Positions 26,417-36,385 of a DNA stretch of 36,667 bases are shown here, piece after piece. The stretch's first letter is position 1, and each line of letters begins with the position of its first letter. This DNA is from a virus (taxonomy: Duplodnaviria; Caudoviricetes). The position numbers and the translations under genes were made by a program. Under the pieces are notes generated by a model. It saw only the letters and a program-made list of their open reading frames with translations, was not told the DNA's origin and made no database searches. The stretch spans positions 1 to 36,667 of the IMG/VR virus record IMGVR_UViG_3300040971_000374. One strand, 5' to 3'.

Positions 26417-29245
26417 ATGCCTGACCTAACTTTCAAACTCATCCTCGTCACAGACGATGCCAATGTGAAGCTTGCCGAAGTCAAGCAGGAAGCGGAGTCC
26501 ACCCAGTCTGTGGTGGAGAAACCTGCTGCAGTCAAGATATCTGCAGAACAGGCTCTGGCTACCATTCGTGATGTGAAGATCGCAGTCGATGGAGTGATCC
26601 AGGTAGTCGGTGGTCTGGTGCGTTCCATGAATGGTTTATTGGATGCATCACTGGCTCAGAGACAAGCGGTTACTTTGGCAAAGATAGCCTTTGGAGAAGC
26701 TGCGGCTGAGATGGGTGAGTTTGCCTCTGCCATGCAGTCATTAACTAACTTCGAGGATGATCAACTGCTGGCTTTGATGTCCAAACTCTCGCAGACCTTC
26801 AAGCTGAATAAGGATGAGATACAACAGCTTGTGCCACTTCTGCTGGACTTTACCGAAGCCAACAAAGCCACCGGGATGAGCGTGGAAAGTGCATTTGATC
26901 TTATGGGTCGGGCATTGAATGGTCATACCGAGATGCTGGGACGCTATGGCATCGAGCTTGATGATACCCGGCTCAAGACTGAAGGGGTGTCTTACCTGGT
27001 TGAGAAGTTAGGAGAGGACTATGGTGGCACAGCTATCGCTCTGGCTGATTTGAGATTGCAGAATGCCAATGCCTGGGGAGACATCCAGGAGACAGTGGGC
27101 GATATGCTGACAGTTCTGATCAATCCGTTACTTCAGGGTCTTCGCTGGCTGATGGATGCCTATCAGAGCTTATCTCCGGTCATGCAAGGCTTCGTTGCCG
27201 GTATAGTAGTAGCCATTCCTTTGATCGGAACTATTACAACCACTATCACTGCCTTGACCGCTGCCTATCATGCTCTGCAGGTAGCTATAAACCCGGTGGC
27301 AGGGATTATCGGTATTGCTGTGGGTGCATTGTCTGCCTTGGGCTTAGGGCTGGCAGCAGCCTCGGTAAAGACTGATACGGTAACTGTAGCACAGCGTTCT
27401 ATGAACGATGAGATCAAAGAAGCTCAGAAACAGGTCTCGGTGGAAGCCGAGAAGTTCTCTTTACTGGCTTCCAGGCTCCTGGAGTTACGCTCTGCCAGTT
27501 CACTTACGGTATCAGATAAGACCGAGATGAAGAACATCATCCGGTCACTCAATGAGAACTACTCTGAGTACATAGGCAACATCGATCTCGAAACATCATC
27601 TTACAATAACCTGGCAACGGCCTTGCGGAATGCTTCAGAGGCACTTGTGCAGAAACAGATAGCTGAAGTTTATGGAGAGAGGTATAATGCTCAGATCAGG
27701 AGGGTAGCCGAGCTGCAGATTGAGATCGACTCCCAACAGGCTGAGGTAGATAGGGTCCGAGCCCGCAAACAGCAATTGATGAACTCAGTGGATTGGGATT
27801 TCCTGACCAGTGACCGCAATGCCATGGGCTTCAATCCTGCATTATACTTCGGGAATGATGGAGAGTGGAACAAGTTAGAAAGCCGCTTGAACCAGTTCGG
27901 TGCTTTGACGGGACAACTGCAAGCGGCCAAGTACGATCTGCAGCAGATAGGTGCAGCCTATAGACAGGCGATGCTTGAAGCTCCGGACCTGAGCTTTGAC
28001 TCCGGTAATGCTGGTGAATCATCCTCATCTGGTACTGATAACGCTCAGAGGCTCATAGATGAGAGACAGAGACAGCTTGAACAGCTTAGGCAGTTACAGC
28101 AGAAGTATGATGTGCTATCTATTGACGATGCAGTTCTTAGAAAACAGAAGGAACTCGAAATCCAGCGGGATGCAGAGCTTGCCAAGGCTCAGTCCTTAGG
28201 AGCATCTGAGACTCTTCTGCAGTCTATCAGGGATCACTATGCCGATGAGTCGGTCAGGGTGGAGACAGAAGCCAGCGAAGCCAGATCTGCTCAGATTGAA
28301 GCTGAAACCGAAGCCAGACGCAAGGTGCTTGAAGAAGAGAGACGGCAACAGCAGGAACTCCTGGATACCCGCTTCGAGTTCACTCAGCGGAGCTTGGAAC
28401 TATCAGATAGAACCTGGGATGCGGAGCTGAGAGCCATAGAACAGTACTATGCCAAGCGCAGAGAGAAGCTTCTGGCTGCTGGATTTACCGAACAGCAGAT
28501 CACAGCCCAAAGCGAAGCTGCCAAGGCTCGGATTCGGAACGACTATGAGATGCGGAACCTGCAAGGTGCCCAGCAGATCATGCGTGACCTTGCCAAGACT
28601 TCAGAGATCTTCGGTAAGAAAGGCTTTGCCATGTGGAAGACCCTGGCTATCGGACAGGCGATGATAGACACCTATGCCTCTGCCACAGCAGCCTATAAGT
28701 CTATGGTTGGTATTCCTGTGGTCGGACCCGGACTGGCAGTCACCGCTGCTGCGGCAGCAATAGGAGCCGGGCTTGCCAATATCGCAGTGATCCAATCCAC
28801 TGAGCCACCCAAGGCAGCCAGCGGAGGACTATTAGTCGGTAAAGCGCATAGTGAGGGTGGCATCCTGATTGAAGCTGAAGGTAACGAGTACATCACTGCC
28901 AAGGACAGAGTCAAGGCACTGGGTAGGAACCTCTTTGACTTCCTCAACTTCGCACCTATCGAAAAGGTGAAGCTTGCATTTGCAGGTCTGCCTATCCCTT
29001 CAGTGCCCATGCCTGCCAACCTGGGCTCATATTATGGCTCTGGTGGCACTGTTTCCGGTGGAGGCAGTATGACTGCGATCATGAACACCATCGTCTCCGT
29101 GGTGCGGGAGGAGTTCAGTTCTCTCCGGCAGAGCATAGCCGATAACAAGCCCAACTTCGAGATAAATGTTGATCCCTTGAGTAATGACCCGGTTAGGGTA
29201 TCCGAGATAGCTGATACCGGCAAGATGATCAGGAGTGAGGTATAA
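26417..29245 (+). CDS. Tail tape measure protein
   Basis: 942 aa, Ala/Gln/Glu-rich helical, central hydrophobic segment, C-terminal ASGG...HSEGG...EGNEYI motif. Confidence 0.88.
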   Translation: MPDLTFKLILVTDDANVKLAEVKQEAESTQSVVEKPAAVKISAEQALATIRDVKIAVDGVIQVVGGLVRSMNGLLDASLAQRQAVTLAKIAFGEAAAEMGEFASAMQSLTNFEDDQLLALMSKLSQTFKLNKDEIQQLVPLLLDFTEANKATGMSVESAFDLMGRALNGHTEMLGRYGIELDDTRLKTEGVSYLVEKLGEDYGGTAIALADLRLQNANAWGDIQETVGDMLTVLINPLLQGLRWLMDAYQSLSPVMQGFVAGIVVAIPLIGTITTTITALTAAYHALQVAINPVAGIIGIAVGALSALGLGLAAASVKTDTVTVAQRSMNDEIKEAQKQVSVEAEKFSLLASRLLELRSASSLTVSDKTEMKNIIRSLNENYSEYIGNIDLETSSYNNLATALRNASEALVQKQIAEVYGERYNAQIRRVAELQIEIDSQQAEVDRVRARKQQLMNSVDWDFLTSDRNAMGFNPALYFGNDGEWNKLESRLNQFGALTGQLQAAKYDLQQIGAAYRQAMLEAPDLSFDSGNAGESSSSGTDNAQRLIDERQRQLEQLRQLQQKYDVLSIDDAVLRKQKELEIQRDAELAKAQSLGASETLLQSIRDHYADESVRVETEASEARSAQIEAETEARRKVLEEERRQQQELLDTRFEFTQRSLELSDRTWDAELRAIEQYYAKRREKLLAAGFTEQQITAQSEAAKARIRNDYEMRNLQGAQQIMRDLAKTSEIFGKKGFAMWKTLAIGQAMIDTYASATAAYKSMVGIPVVGPGLAVTAAAAAIGAGLANIAVIQSTEPPKAASGGLLVGKAHSEGGILIEAEGNEYITAKDRVKALGRNLFDFLNFAPIEKVKLAFAGLPIPSVPMPANLGSYYGSGGTVSGGGSMTAIMNTIVSVVREEFSSLRQSIADNKPNFEINVDPLSNDPVRVSEIADTGKMIRSEV

Positions 29246-30733
29246 ATGCCGAATCTATTTAAGATAGACTTCGTGCAAGGCAATACGGATGCAACCGACT
29301 ATAACCAGATCAAACATAGCCTGGTGGATACTGCAACTAGTAGAGCTATCATCACTCTAAGTGTCTCAGCCGATAAGCTGCAAGCGGTATCCAACTATAG
29401 TAGAGAACCCAAGCGACTCACTTTCGAGTGTTTCCCGACTGTCTGGATACAGGATAACATCCTCTCCGGAACCAATGAATATGAGCGGTATATATCCCAC
29501 TTTGAAGTTAGGGTCTATCGGGATAATTTTCTGTTTTTTACAGGCATCATCGATACTTCCCAGTTGTCCTTCGATGTAAGCTCCGGCATCCTCAAGTTCA
29601 CCTGTTACGATAAGATCAAGCTCTTGTCCGTCTATTCCGATCTCACTCACTACTATTCCCTAACTGCAGGATATCTGCCAATCTGGATACTCGGTTACTT
29701 CTTGCAGGATATTGAACAGACTATCCCAATCTCTATTCCTTATACTAATCAGTTCACCCCTCCAACCATGAATATCGGTTCGGGCGACTCATTAACCATC
29801 GCTCACATCGATTTCGATGACCTGATCCAGTTTCCCAATCCCCCCGGAGGCTGGACCTACTCTCATCACAGCAGTGGATGGCCGGGACCCTTTTGGGGTT
29901 ACATCGTGGATACGGCAGCAAACAAGATCACCTTTGTCTTTGCCTATAAGAAGGTGATCCAGGCTACCTATCCCAGTCCTGCCACCACACGCTATCAGGG
30001 AAGATACCGAGGTCGAGTCTTCAAGTTCTATAACAGCATCTGTCCGGTAGTATCCGAATATGATGAAAAGACCGACTGGGTGGAAGACCTGCCCTCTCTG
30101 GATAATGCCTATAACGAGTTCCTCAGCTTCTTTGGTGATAATGGCATCTCCAGTACTACCCTCCTCACGGGACTCAGCAGTACGGGCTTGTTAGATGGCA
30201 GAAGCTATGGTAGCAGCCAGTACGTTGGTCACTGGATCGAAGCTCACTTTCATGGCAATCTCTTCCCGGCTAAGCTACAGCCCGGAGAGGCTTATGAGAC
30301 CTTACAAGAGGAGCAGACCGATAACCTCAAAGCCCTGCAAGCGATGCTGATGCTCTATAATGCCACTATCTTCACCACTGCCAATGGTAACATCATCCTC
30401 AAGAACAAGGATGCTTATGCCACTGTCATAAACAACATAGCCGATGAGGATGTGGTATCCATTATCGTCAAGCGTGGCAACCAAGAGAAACCCGATATCA
30501 AAACCATCGATGTCCTGGGTGGCGATACCAATCAACTGCAAGGGCTGATCAAAGACTACCTGATCGACTTCTATGACTCTAAGTGGAGCGTAGAAACGAC
30601 TATCGATCAGCTTGCCAAATACAATCTCTCACTCCAGTCCAAGATACGCATCCAGAATAAGGTTTATGCCATTACCGAACTGGAGAGAGACTACATAAAT
30701 GATGAATACAAGGTGAAAGCATGGCTGCTATAA
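29246..30733 (+). CDS. Tail tip/hub protein
   Basis: Abuts the tape measure gene; FFTGIID...FTCYD pattern seen in tail hub proteins. Confidence 0.6.
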   Translation: MPNLFKIDFVQGNTDATDYNQIKHSLVDTATSRAIITLSVSADKLQAVSNYSREPKRLTFECFPTVWIQDNILSGTNEYERYISHFEVRVYRDNFLFFTGIIDTSQLSFDVSSGILKFTCYDKIKLLSVYSDLTHYYSLTAGYLPIWILGYFLQDIEQTIPISIPYTNQFTPPTMNIGSGDSLTIAHIDFDDLIQFPNPPGGWTYSHHSSGWPGPFWGYIVDTAANKITFVFAYKKVIQATYPSPATTRYQGRYRGRVFKFYNSICPVVSEYDEKTDWVEDLPSLDNAYNEFLSFFGDNGISSTTLLTGLSSTGLLDGRSYGSSQYVGHWIEAHFHGNLFPAKLQPGEAYETLQEEQTDNLKALQAMLMLYNATIFTTANGNIILKNKDAYATVINNIADEDVVSIIVKRGNQEKPDIKTIDVLGGDTNQLQGLIKDYLIDFYDSKWSVETTIDQLAKYNLSLQSKIRIQNKVYAITELERDYINDEYKVKAWLL

Positions 30734-31173
30734 AGGGCTGGAGACTGATCCGACTCAGCACTCAAGGAACATACTACTTTAACTGTACCACCGGGCAGGT
30801 AGAATACTCTCCCCGTCGTAAGTACCGCATCGAGAAGAAGAATGCCTTTGATCCTTCCATCCTGCATCAAAGAGATGAATACAGGGAGGATTCCTTTGAT
30901 CTGCAGGCAACCCTCAATCCTGATGAGTATTATACCCTGATGAGCTTCATTACCTCAACTGGCAGACTCTTTCTCGAATACACCGCCTATAACGAAGTCA
31001 AGAGCCAGTTCCCGGTCACAGTCTCTCAGTTCCCCAAGTGTCCGGATGATCTGCATGAGTATCCTGAGAAGGTCAAGTTCTCACTCGAATCCAGATACAT
31101 CGGATCACCTGGCTATATCGACTTCGGAATCATTGTCATTGAAGACGATAACGACACTGTAACATCAAACTAA
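30721..31173 (+). CDS. Hypothetical tail protein (distal-tail-like)
   Basis: 150 aa overlapping the previous gene in the tail operon; call is positional. Confidence 0.5.
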   Translation: MAAIKGWRLIRLSTQGTYYFNCTTGQVEYSPRRKYRIEKKNAFDPSILHQRDEYREDSFDLQATLNPDEYYTLMSFITSTGRLFLEYTAYNEVKSQFPVTVSQFPKCPDDLHEYPEKVKFSLESRYIGSPGYIDFGIIVIEDDNDTVTSN

Positions 31174-31187
31174 CAGAAGGAGCATTG

Positions 31188-31841
31188 ATGTTCAAATATG
31201 GAATCAGCTACTATATAATGGAAGACGGGGCAAGGAAGCCTCAGTCTGGAGTGGATGTTCGTTTACTCAGACCCGGAGCCGACTGGCAGAGTGGGATCAG
31301 GCTCAATGAAACCGAAAACTCAGGCTATTATGAATGCCTGATCGAAACTGAAGCCGATTGCGGTTTCTATGAGATCTGGGACAATCGTGGCAACCCCAAT
31401 GGCAGCTTCGGAGGCAAGACCTGTACCATCGGTAAACTCGATGCCAGGGGTCTGCAGAACGACTGTATCTACGGCAATCACATCTTGGATGGAGTGGTAA
31501 CCGGAAGCAAGATAGCCAATGGAGCAGTATCTGCTAATCATCTTGATAACAGCGTGTTCACTCTTTCAAAGCTGCAGCACGAGCTTCAAGATCAGGATAA
31601 GGGAATCGGAGATCAGACTCAAGCTACCCCTGCCAGCATCAGAGACGACAGGTTCATCTCTCACAAGCTTGATAAGGAATACAATACCATTCCCCATATC
31701 ATCCTGACCAACCAGTGCAATTGCTTCCTGTATATAGCCGACATCAAACTGGATGGTACTCAGGTCACCATAACCATCGGCATAGGGCAGGTTTTCGATG
31801 CACAGGAAGGGAAGTACCAGATCATCGCCTTGTACTACTAA
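31188..31841 (+). CDS. Probable tail fibre/adaptor protein
   Basis: AAGGAG RBS; HILDGVVTGSKIANGAVSANHL beta-helix-like repeats; last late gene. Confidence 0.55.
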   Translation: MFKYGISYYIMEDGARKPQSGVDVRLLRPGADWQSGIRLNETENSGYYECLIETEADCGFYEIWDNRGNPNGSFGGKTCTIGKLDARGLQNDCIYGNHILDGVVTGSKIANGAVSANHLDNSVFTLSKLQHELQDQDKGIGDQTQATPASIRDDRFISHKLDKEYNTIPHIILTNQCNCFLYIADIKLDGTQVTITIGIGQVFDAQEGKYQIIALYY

Positions 31842-31866
31842 AACGCAGATACCAGACCAAGAGAGA

Positions 31867-31885
31867 AACCCGGCATCGCCGGGTT
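31867..31885. terminator. Hairpin between convergent genes
   Basis: AACCCGGC-ATC-GCCGGGTT; pyrimidine tail on the minus strand. Confidence 0.6.
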
Positions 31886-31908
31886 AAGTGTGATAGATTA
31901 GCTTCCGC

Positions 31909-32310
31909 TTACTTCTTTTCGAGCCTGCAGATCAGCTCAGCCATCAGGTTGATCATCTCCTTGTAATCGCTGCATTCCCAGGCATCGTCAGCTTTGATTT
32001 TGATCTCTTCCTCCGTCATCTTCTCCGACTGCAGCCAGGGTCCCCGGAACTGATTCCACCAGCTTCTATAGTGGAACTCACCCGCGAATGGATCGTCAAC
32101 TCCCTGATCGCTCTCCGAGCCATTCAAACCAGTCTTATCCATCTCGATCACCCGCATGGTTGATCCTAACTTCAATACCCCGTTCTTCTCTGCCAGAGCT
32201 TCAACAGGCTGCTCCGTGCCATCTTCTCTCATCAATACGAGCTGGCTGCCTGATTTCACCATCTCCTCCAGCGTTGCCTGCTCTTTGCCATGCTTGTTTT
32301 GCTTGTTCAT
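31909..32310 (-). CDS. Hypothetical protein near the prophage right end
   Basis: 133 aa with an AAGGAG RBS; no recognisable motif. Confidence 0.65.
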   Translation of the reverse strand: MNKQNKHGKEQATLEEMVKSGSQLVLMREDGTEQPVEALAEKNGVLKLGSTMRVIEMDKTGLNGSESDQGVDDPFAGEFHYRSWWNQFRGPWLQSEKMTEEEIKIKADDAWECSDYKEMINLMAELICRLEKK

Positions 32311-32425
32311 CTTGATCTCCTTTTCGGTTACCCGACTGTTGATTAATGGGTTCTACATAGAACCAGTGGCAACCGTGGTCAAGTCCTTTCTGCACAATAG
32401 CATAAGATTGATAGCAGATTGATGC

Positions 32426-32454
32426 TTGACAAAAAAGGCGTGATATCAGAGAAT
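32426..32454 (+). promoter_or_regulatory. Sigma70-like promoter
   Basis: TTGACA-N17-GAGAAT. Confidence 0.55.
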
Positions 32455-32493
32455 GCAAACAGCCTACAGACCCTACATAGAATGCCCTCCGAT

Positions 32494-32530
32494 ACATGGG
32501 GACACCGCCCGGTGCTCCCCATGTTTTTTT
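32494..32530 (+). terminator. Rho-independent terminator
   Basis: ACATGGGGA-CACC/GGTG-C-TCCCCATGT stem followed by a T run. Confidence 0.8.
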
Positions 32531-32547
32531 ATATCCTCAAAACCCAT

Positions 32548-32760
32548 TTGAAGAAATCAGTGACCTTTTCTTGAAGAAATCAGTGATCCTTTCTTGAAGA
32601 AATCAGTGACCTTTCCTTGAAGAAATCAGTGAGCCATTTGAAGTTTTCAGTGAGCCATTTGAAGAAATCAGTGATCCAAATGCCACCATGGGAAGTGCCC
32701 AAAATACCACCGATTTTGCCACTTGAAGTTTTCAGTGAGCCAAATTGAAGTTTTCACTGA
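32548..32760. repeat. Eight copies of TTGAAG(AAA/TTT)TCA(G/C)TGA; probable transposase-binding sites of the right end
   Basis: Copies start at 32548, 32571, 32594, 32617, 32638, 32659, 32723 and 32745; 21-23 bp period. Confidence 0.85.
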
Positions 32761-32808
32761 CTCTTTATATCCAGCAAAGATAGTTACTGATTAGACCGAC
32801 TTTTAGTG

Positions 32809-32869
32809 AAACACCCTTGGATTTGGATGACTTTGTAGGCAAAACACCCTTGGATTTGGATGACTTTGT
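32809..32869. repeat. Perfect 28-bp direct repeat, two copies
   Basis: AAACACCCTTGGATTTGGATGACTTTGT at 32809 and 32842. Confidence 0.85.
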
Positions 32870-32938
32870 GGCTACAATTACCTTGACATGATTTTCTATC
32901 TCCATTTATTTGAACCAATTGTGAATTAGGAGATCGAG

Positions 32939-34285
32939 ATGTTTAATCGTCAGATAATTAATCAGCTGAGAGAGTGGTCAAAAAGTCCCTATCGGAAGTC
33001 ATTAGTTTTGCGTGGAGCCCGACAAGTAGGTAAGACTACCGCAGTTCGGATGTTCGGAAGCGAATTCGACTGCTTCATCGAGCTCAATCTGGAAGTGCCT
33101 GCAGAGCGTGATATCTTCATTGACGGCACTGATGTTGACTCGCTGTTTAATCTCATCCTGCTTAAAAAGGGTGTTCATGCCCGGGGGAAAAGGATTTTGC
33201 TGTTTATCGATGAGATTCAGCATTCGCCGCAAGCGCTGCTTAGCCTCCGTTACTTTTACGAAAAGATGCCCGAACTATATGTGATTGCTGCAGGTTCTTT
33301 GCTGGATGTATATCTGAAGCGTAATCGGTTGGAGATTCCGGTGGGTAGGGTTGAGTATCTTTGGATGCATCCCTGCAACTTCGAAGAGTATTTGCAAGCA
33401 GCGGGACAAGATCAAGTGCTGGAGCTATTGGGCACAATCCCTTTCCCGGATTGGGCATATCCTGTTTTAAGAGAGAAATTTCTGGAATATGCCTTGGTGG
33501 GCGGCATGCCGGAAGTGATCAGGGTTTGGCTGGCAACCGGCAATATCATGGATGTTCGCAGGATTTTGGGCAACCTCCTGCAAACCTATCGCGATGATGC
33601 CGTAAAATACGCCGCATCCGGAGATCAGGCCAATGTTTTAGGGCATTTGATCAACACTGCGCCTACACAGGCTTGCAAATTGATCAGTTTCGAGCATTTT
33701 GGAGAATCCGATTTCAGGTCTCAAACCGTAAAAAATGCCTTCACTTTGTTGGAGCAGGCTTCATTGTTGCAACTGCTGCATCCCTATGGCAATGCGGTGT
33801 TACCCTCTTTGCCAAAGCTGAGCAAACGACCCAAACTGCTCTTTCTTGATACTGGATTCGTGAATCTCCAGGCTAATATCCACGAGCAATACTTCACTAA
33901 TCAAGGGCTGAACTCCATCTACAAAGGTGTGGCCATGGAGCATCTGGTGGGGCAACAGTTGCTGTCAAAGGCTGCCGGAGACGGTTTCGAACTGGGAACT
34001 TGGAACCGAAGTGCCCGCAATTCGAGTGCGGAAGTAGATTTTGTGATTATCCGGGGGAAGCGCATGATACCCATCGAAGTGAAGGCAGGTAAGTCCGGAA
34101 CTTTAAAATCCTTATTGCTGTTCATGGAGGAAGCTGATCATGATCTGGCAGTAAGAATTTATGATGGGCAAACTAATTGGGAAACATTGTCAACCCCTTC
34201 CGGAAAGCAGTTTCATCTGCTAAACCTCCATTTGGGTTTATGCACAGGTCTGAACTTATATTTGGATGCGTTTACAGAGCGATGA
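32939..34285 (+). CDS. AAA_14 ATPase with DUF4143 / C-terminal PD-(D/E)xK domain
   Basis: GARQVGKT, FIDEIQ, AAGS, GGMPE and EVDF...PIEVKAG. Confidence 0.9.
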   Translation: MFNRQIINQLREWSKSPYRKSLVLRGARQVGKTTAVRMFGSEFDCFIELNLEVPAERDIFIDGTDVDSLFNLILLKKGVHARGKRILLFIDEIQHSPQALLSLRYFYEKMPELYVIAAGSLLDVYLKRNRLEIPVGRVEYLWMHPCNFEEYLQAAGQDQVLELLGTIPFPDWAYPVLREKFLEYALVGGMPEVIRVWLATGNIMDVRRILGNLLQTYRDDAVKYAASGDQANVLGHLINTAPTQACKLISFEHFGESDFRSQTVKNAFTLLEQASLLQLLHPYGNAVLPSLPKLSKRPKLLFLDTGFVNLQANIHEQYFTNQGLNSIYKGVAMEHLVGQQLLSKAAGDGFELGTWNRSARNSSAEVDFVIIRGKRMIPIEVKAGKSGTLKSLLLFMEEADHDLAVRIYDGQTNWETLSTPSGKQFHLLNLHLGLCTGLNLYLDAFTER

Positions 34286-34462
34286 GTAAGAGAACCATCT
34301 TGGTGAATCCCGCTCCAAGTCCGGAACTTATGCCGGATTCTGCTCCCCGGAAAGTGGTGGATTATAGCTATGAAGGAGGTGAATATAATTGTTGACAAGA
34401 ATACTGAGATACATTTACTACGCTTCATAGGTAATCGGTAAGCACATGAAGGAGCTTTTGCT

Positions 34463-36109
34463 ATGAATACATTGTACTATGGTGATAATCTGGACATCAT
34501 GAAAGAGCACATTAAAGATGAGTCTGTAGATTTGATCTATCTGGATCCGCCCTTTCAAAGCGGAAGGAATTATAATATCATCTTCAAGCCCGAAAAAGAC
34601 GGCGTGAAAGGCGCTACTTCACAGATAGAAACATTTGAAGATACTTGGCTTTGGGGCGAAAAAGCCGAAGACGAATATAATAGCCTGATCATGGGCACCT
34701 TAACGAAAACGCATCCTCCGCAGAAATTGATAGATTTGATGAAGGCAATGCGCAGCTATCTGGATGCTTGTCCGCTGATGGCATACCTGTGCATGATGGC
34801 TCCCCGATTGATGGAAATGAAACGGGTATTGAAGCCTACAGGGAGTATCTATCTGCATTGTGATCCCATTGCCAGCCACTATCTTAAGTTACTGATGGAT
34901 GCAGTATTTGGGACAAGTAACTTTAGGAACGAAATTATATGGAAAAGAACAGATTCCAAAGGCAATGTGCAGAAGAAATTTGGTTGGATACATGACGTAA
35001 TTCTATTTTATTCCAAAACCAATGACTGGAAATGGAATCAGCAATTTATGGATTATGATAAAGAATATACAGATGCTTTCTATTCTCACGTAGATGAAAA
35101 TGGAAGAAGATATCAAGCAACAGATTTAACTGCCCCAATGTCAAGAGCATCCAAAGGGCAAGTTTATTCTTGGAAGGGTTATACGCCACCAGCCTCAAGG
35201 TGTTTTGTCTATAATATTGAGAAGATGGAACAATTAGACAAAGAGGGTCGAATACTACACACAAAGAGTGGAAACCCTCGCTATATAAGATACTTAGATG
35301 AGATGGAAGGTAATAAATGCCCAGATATTTGGACAGATATAAAAATAGCACCTAAAGAGGAACGTTTAGGCTATCCTACGCAGAAACCTGAAGCCTTGTT
35401 GGAGCGCATCATTAAAGCCGGTAGCAACGAAGGGGACGTAATCCTTGATCCCTTCTGCGGTTGTGGAACGGCTGTAGCTGTGGCAGAAAGGCTAAACCGA
35501 AATTGGATCGGTGTGGATATTACCTATCTATCCATAGACGTAATCAAGAAACGCTTCGAAAAGAATAAGATAATGGAAGGAAAGGACTTTGTGGTGAAAG
35601 GCACCCCTAAAGACCTTCTCTCTGCCTCAAAACTGGCAGAAAAAGATCCCTTCCAGTTTGAAGTGTGGGCTGTTAGCCAGCTAAACGCCATACCTACGGT
35701 AAAAACAGGTGATAAAGGGGTGGATGGGGTGATTAACTTCATAGATTCCAGCAAGAAAAACGGTGTGGGGAAAGGGATTATCTCCGTAAAAGGTGGAAAG
35801 AGTATCAATCCCGCGATGGTGCGAGACCTCAAGGGAACTGTGGAAAGCCAGAATGCAGATTTTGGGATACTGATAACACTGGTAGAGCCAACTCGTGGCA
35901 TGATCGAAGAAGCAGCGAAAGCAGGTAAGTTTGAATATCGTCTAATTCAGATGAGTCAAGCATTTTCGATACCCCGCATCCAGATAGTTACCGCAGAACA
36001 ACTGCTTGCCAATCCGATACCTGTGCATCTGCCTAATACTGCGATAGACCCGTTTAGGAAACCGGAGATAAAGAAAAATAAAGTCTTTCAAGGGGAGATA
36101 GAGTTTTAG
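34463..36109 (+). CDS. N4/N6 DNA methyltransferase (beta class) fused to an Mrr-like endonuclease domain
   Basis: LIYLDPPF, YPTQKP and DPFCGCGT; C-terminal FQFEVWA...DKGVDG...ISVKGG...VRDLKG. Confidence 0.88.
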   Translation: MNTLYYGDNLDIMKEHIKDESVDLIYLDPPFQSGRNYNIIFKPEKDGVKGATSQIETFEDTWLWGEKAEDEYNSLIMGTLTKTHPPQKLIDLMKAMRSYLDACPLMAYLCMMAPRLMEMKRVLKPTGSIYLHCDPIASHYLKLLMDAVFGTSNFRNEIIWKRTDSKGNVQKKFGWIHDVILFYSKTNDWKWNQQFMDYDKEYTDAFYSHVDENGRRYQATDLTAPMSRASKGQVYSWKGYTPPASRCFVYNIEKMEQLDKEGRILHTKSGNPRYIRYLDEMEGNKCPDIWTDIKIAPKEERLGYPTQKPEALLERIIKAGSNEGDVILDPFCGCGTAVAVAERLNRNWIGVDITYLSIDVIKKRFEKNKIMEGKDFVVKGTPKDLLSASKLAEKDPFQFEVWAVSQLNAIPTVKTGDKGVDGVINFIDSSKKNGVGKGIISVKGGKSINPAMVRDLKGTVESQNADFGILITLVEPTRGMIEEAAKAGKFEYRLIQMSQAFSIPRIQIVTAEQLLANPIPVHLPNTAIDPFRKPEIKKNKVFQGEIEF

Positions 36110-36385
36110 AGCATAGTTCTAACGAAATGCACTTGGTACACTTGCATATTCGACCTAGTGTGGAAGATTTTTGAATTTGTATACTCAAAATTATTCTTGA
36201 CAGAAAGTACCGTATAAAAGTAGTTTAACCATGCTATGGATAGTATTCTTAAGTTTCGATTCCTTGAAAGGAATAAAAAGAGTGTTTAAGAAACTAGATA
36301 GTGTACATTAATTGACTGTCAAGAAAGCATCAATACTGTGTATGTATAGTGCTTAGAACAAATAAAGACATGGAGGTCTTTTAAA

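Larger units (their letters stand above)
1..32769 (+). mobile_element. Mu-like transposable prophage (left end outside window)
   Basis: DDE transposase, AAA ATPase, GemA-like and DUF3164-like genes followed by co-oriented head and tail genes and ending at a repeat array; non-phage genes follow. Confidence 0.9.

Noticed and set aside
29246-32310. Diversity-generating retroelement or invertible tail-fibre segment
   Set aside because: No reverse transcriptase, invertase, template/variable repeat pair or flanking inverted repeats were seen.
32399-32417. Fourth, minus-strand copy of the late-promoter motif
   Set aside because: Only the CTTATGC part matches; the TGTCGCA half is absent.
32548-32760. 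CRISPR array
   Set aside because: Repeats are only 16 bp with mostly 5-7 bp similar linkers, there are no unique spacers, and no cas genes are present.
4760-32769. Shared 5mC-deamination origin for TGA 4760, TAA 6016 and the TA terminus
   Set aside because: All could be C-to-T changes, but their contexts share no motif and the ancestral bases are unknown.
32809-32869. Mini-CRISPR or att/target-site duplication
   Set aside because: Only two copies separated by 5 bp; both lie on one side of the element and are far longer than a Mu-type duplication.
34282-34395. 37-codon ORF overlapping the ATPase stop (ATGA)
   Set aside because: Too short, has no motif, and runs into the next promoter; it cannot be supported from sequence alone.
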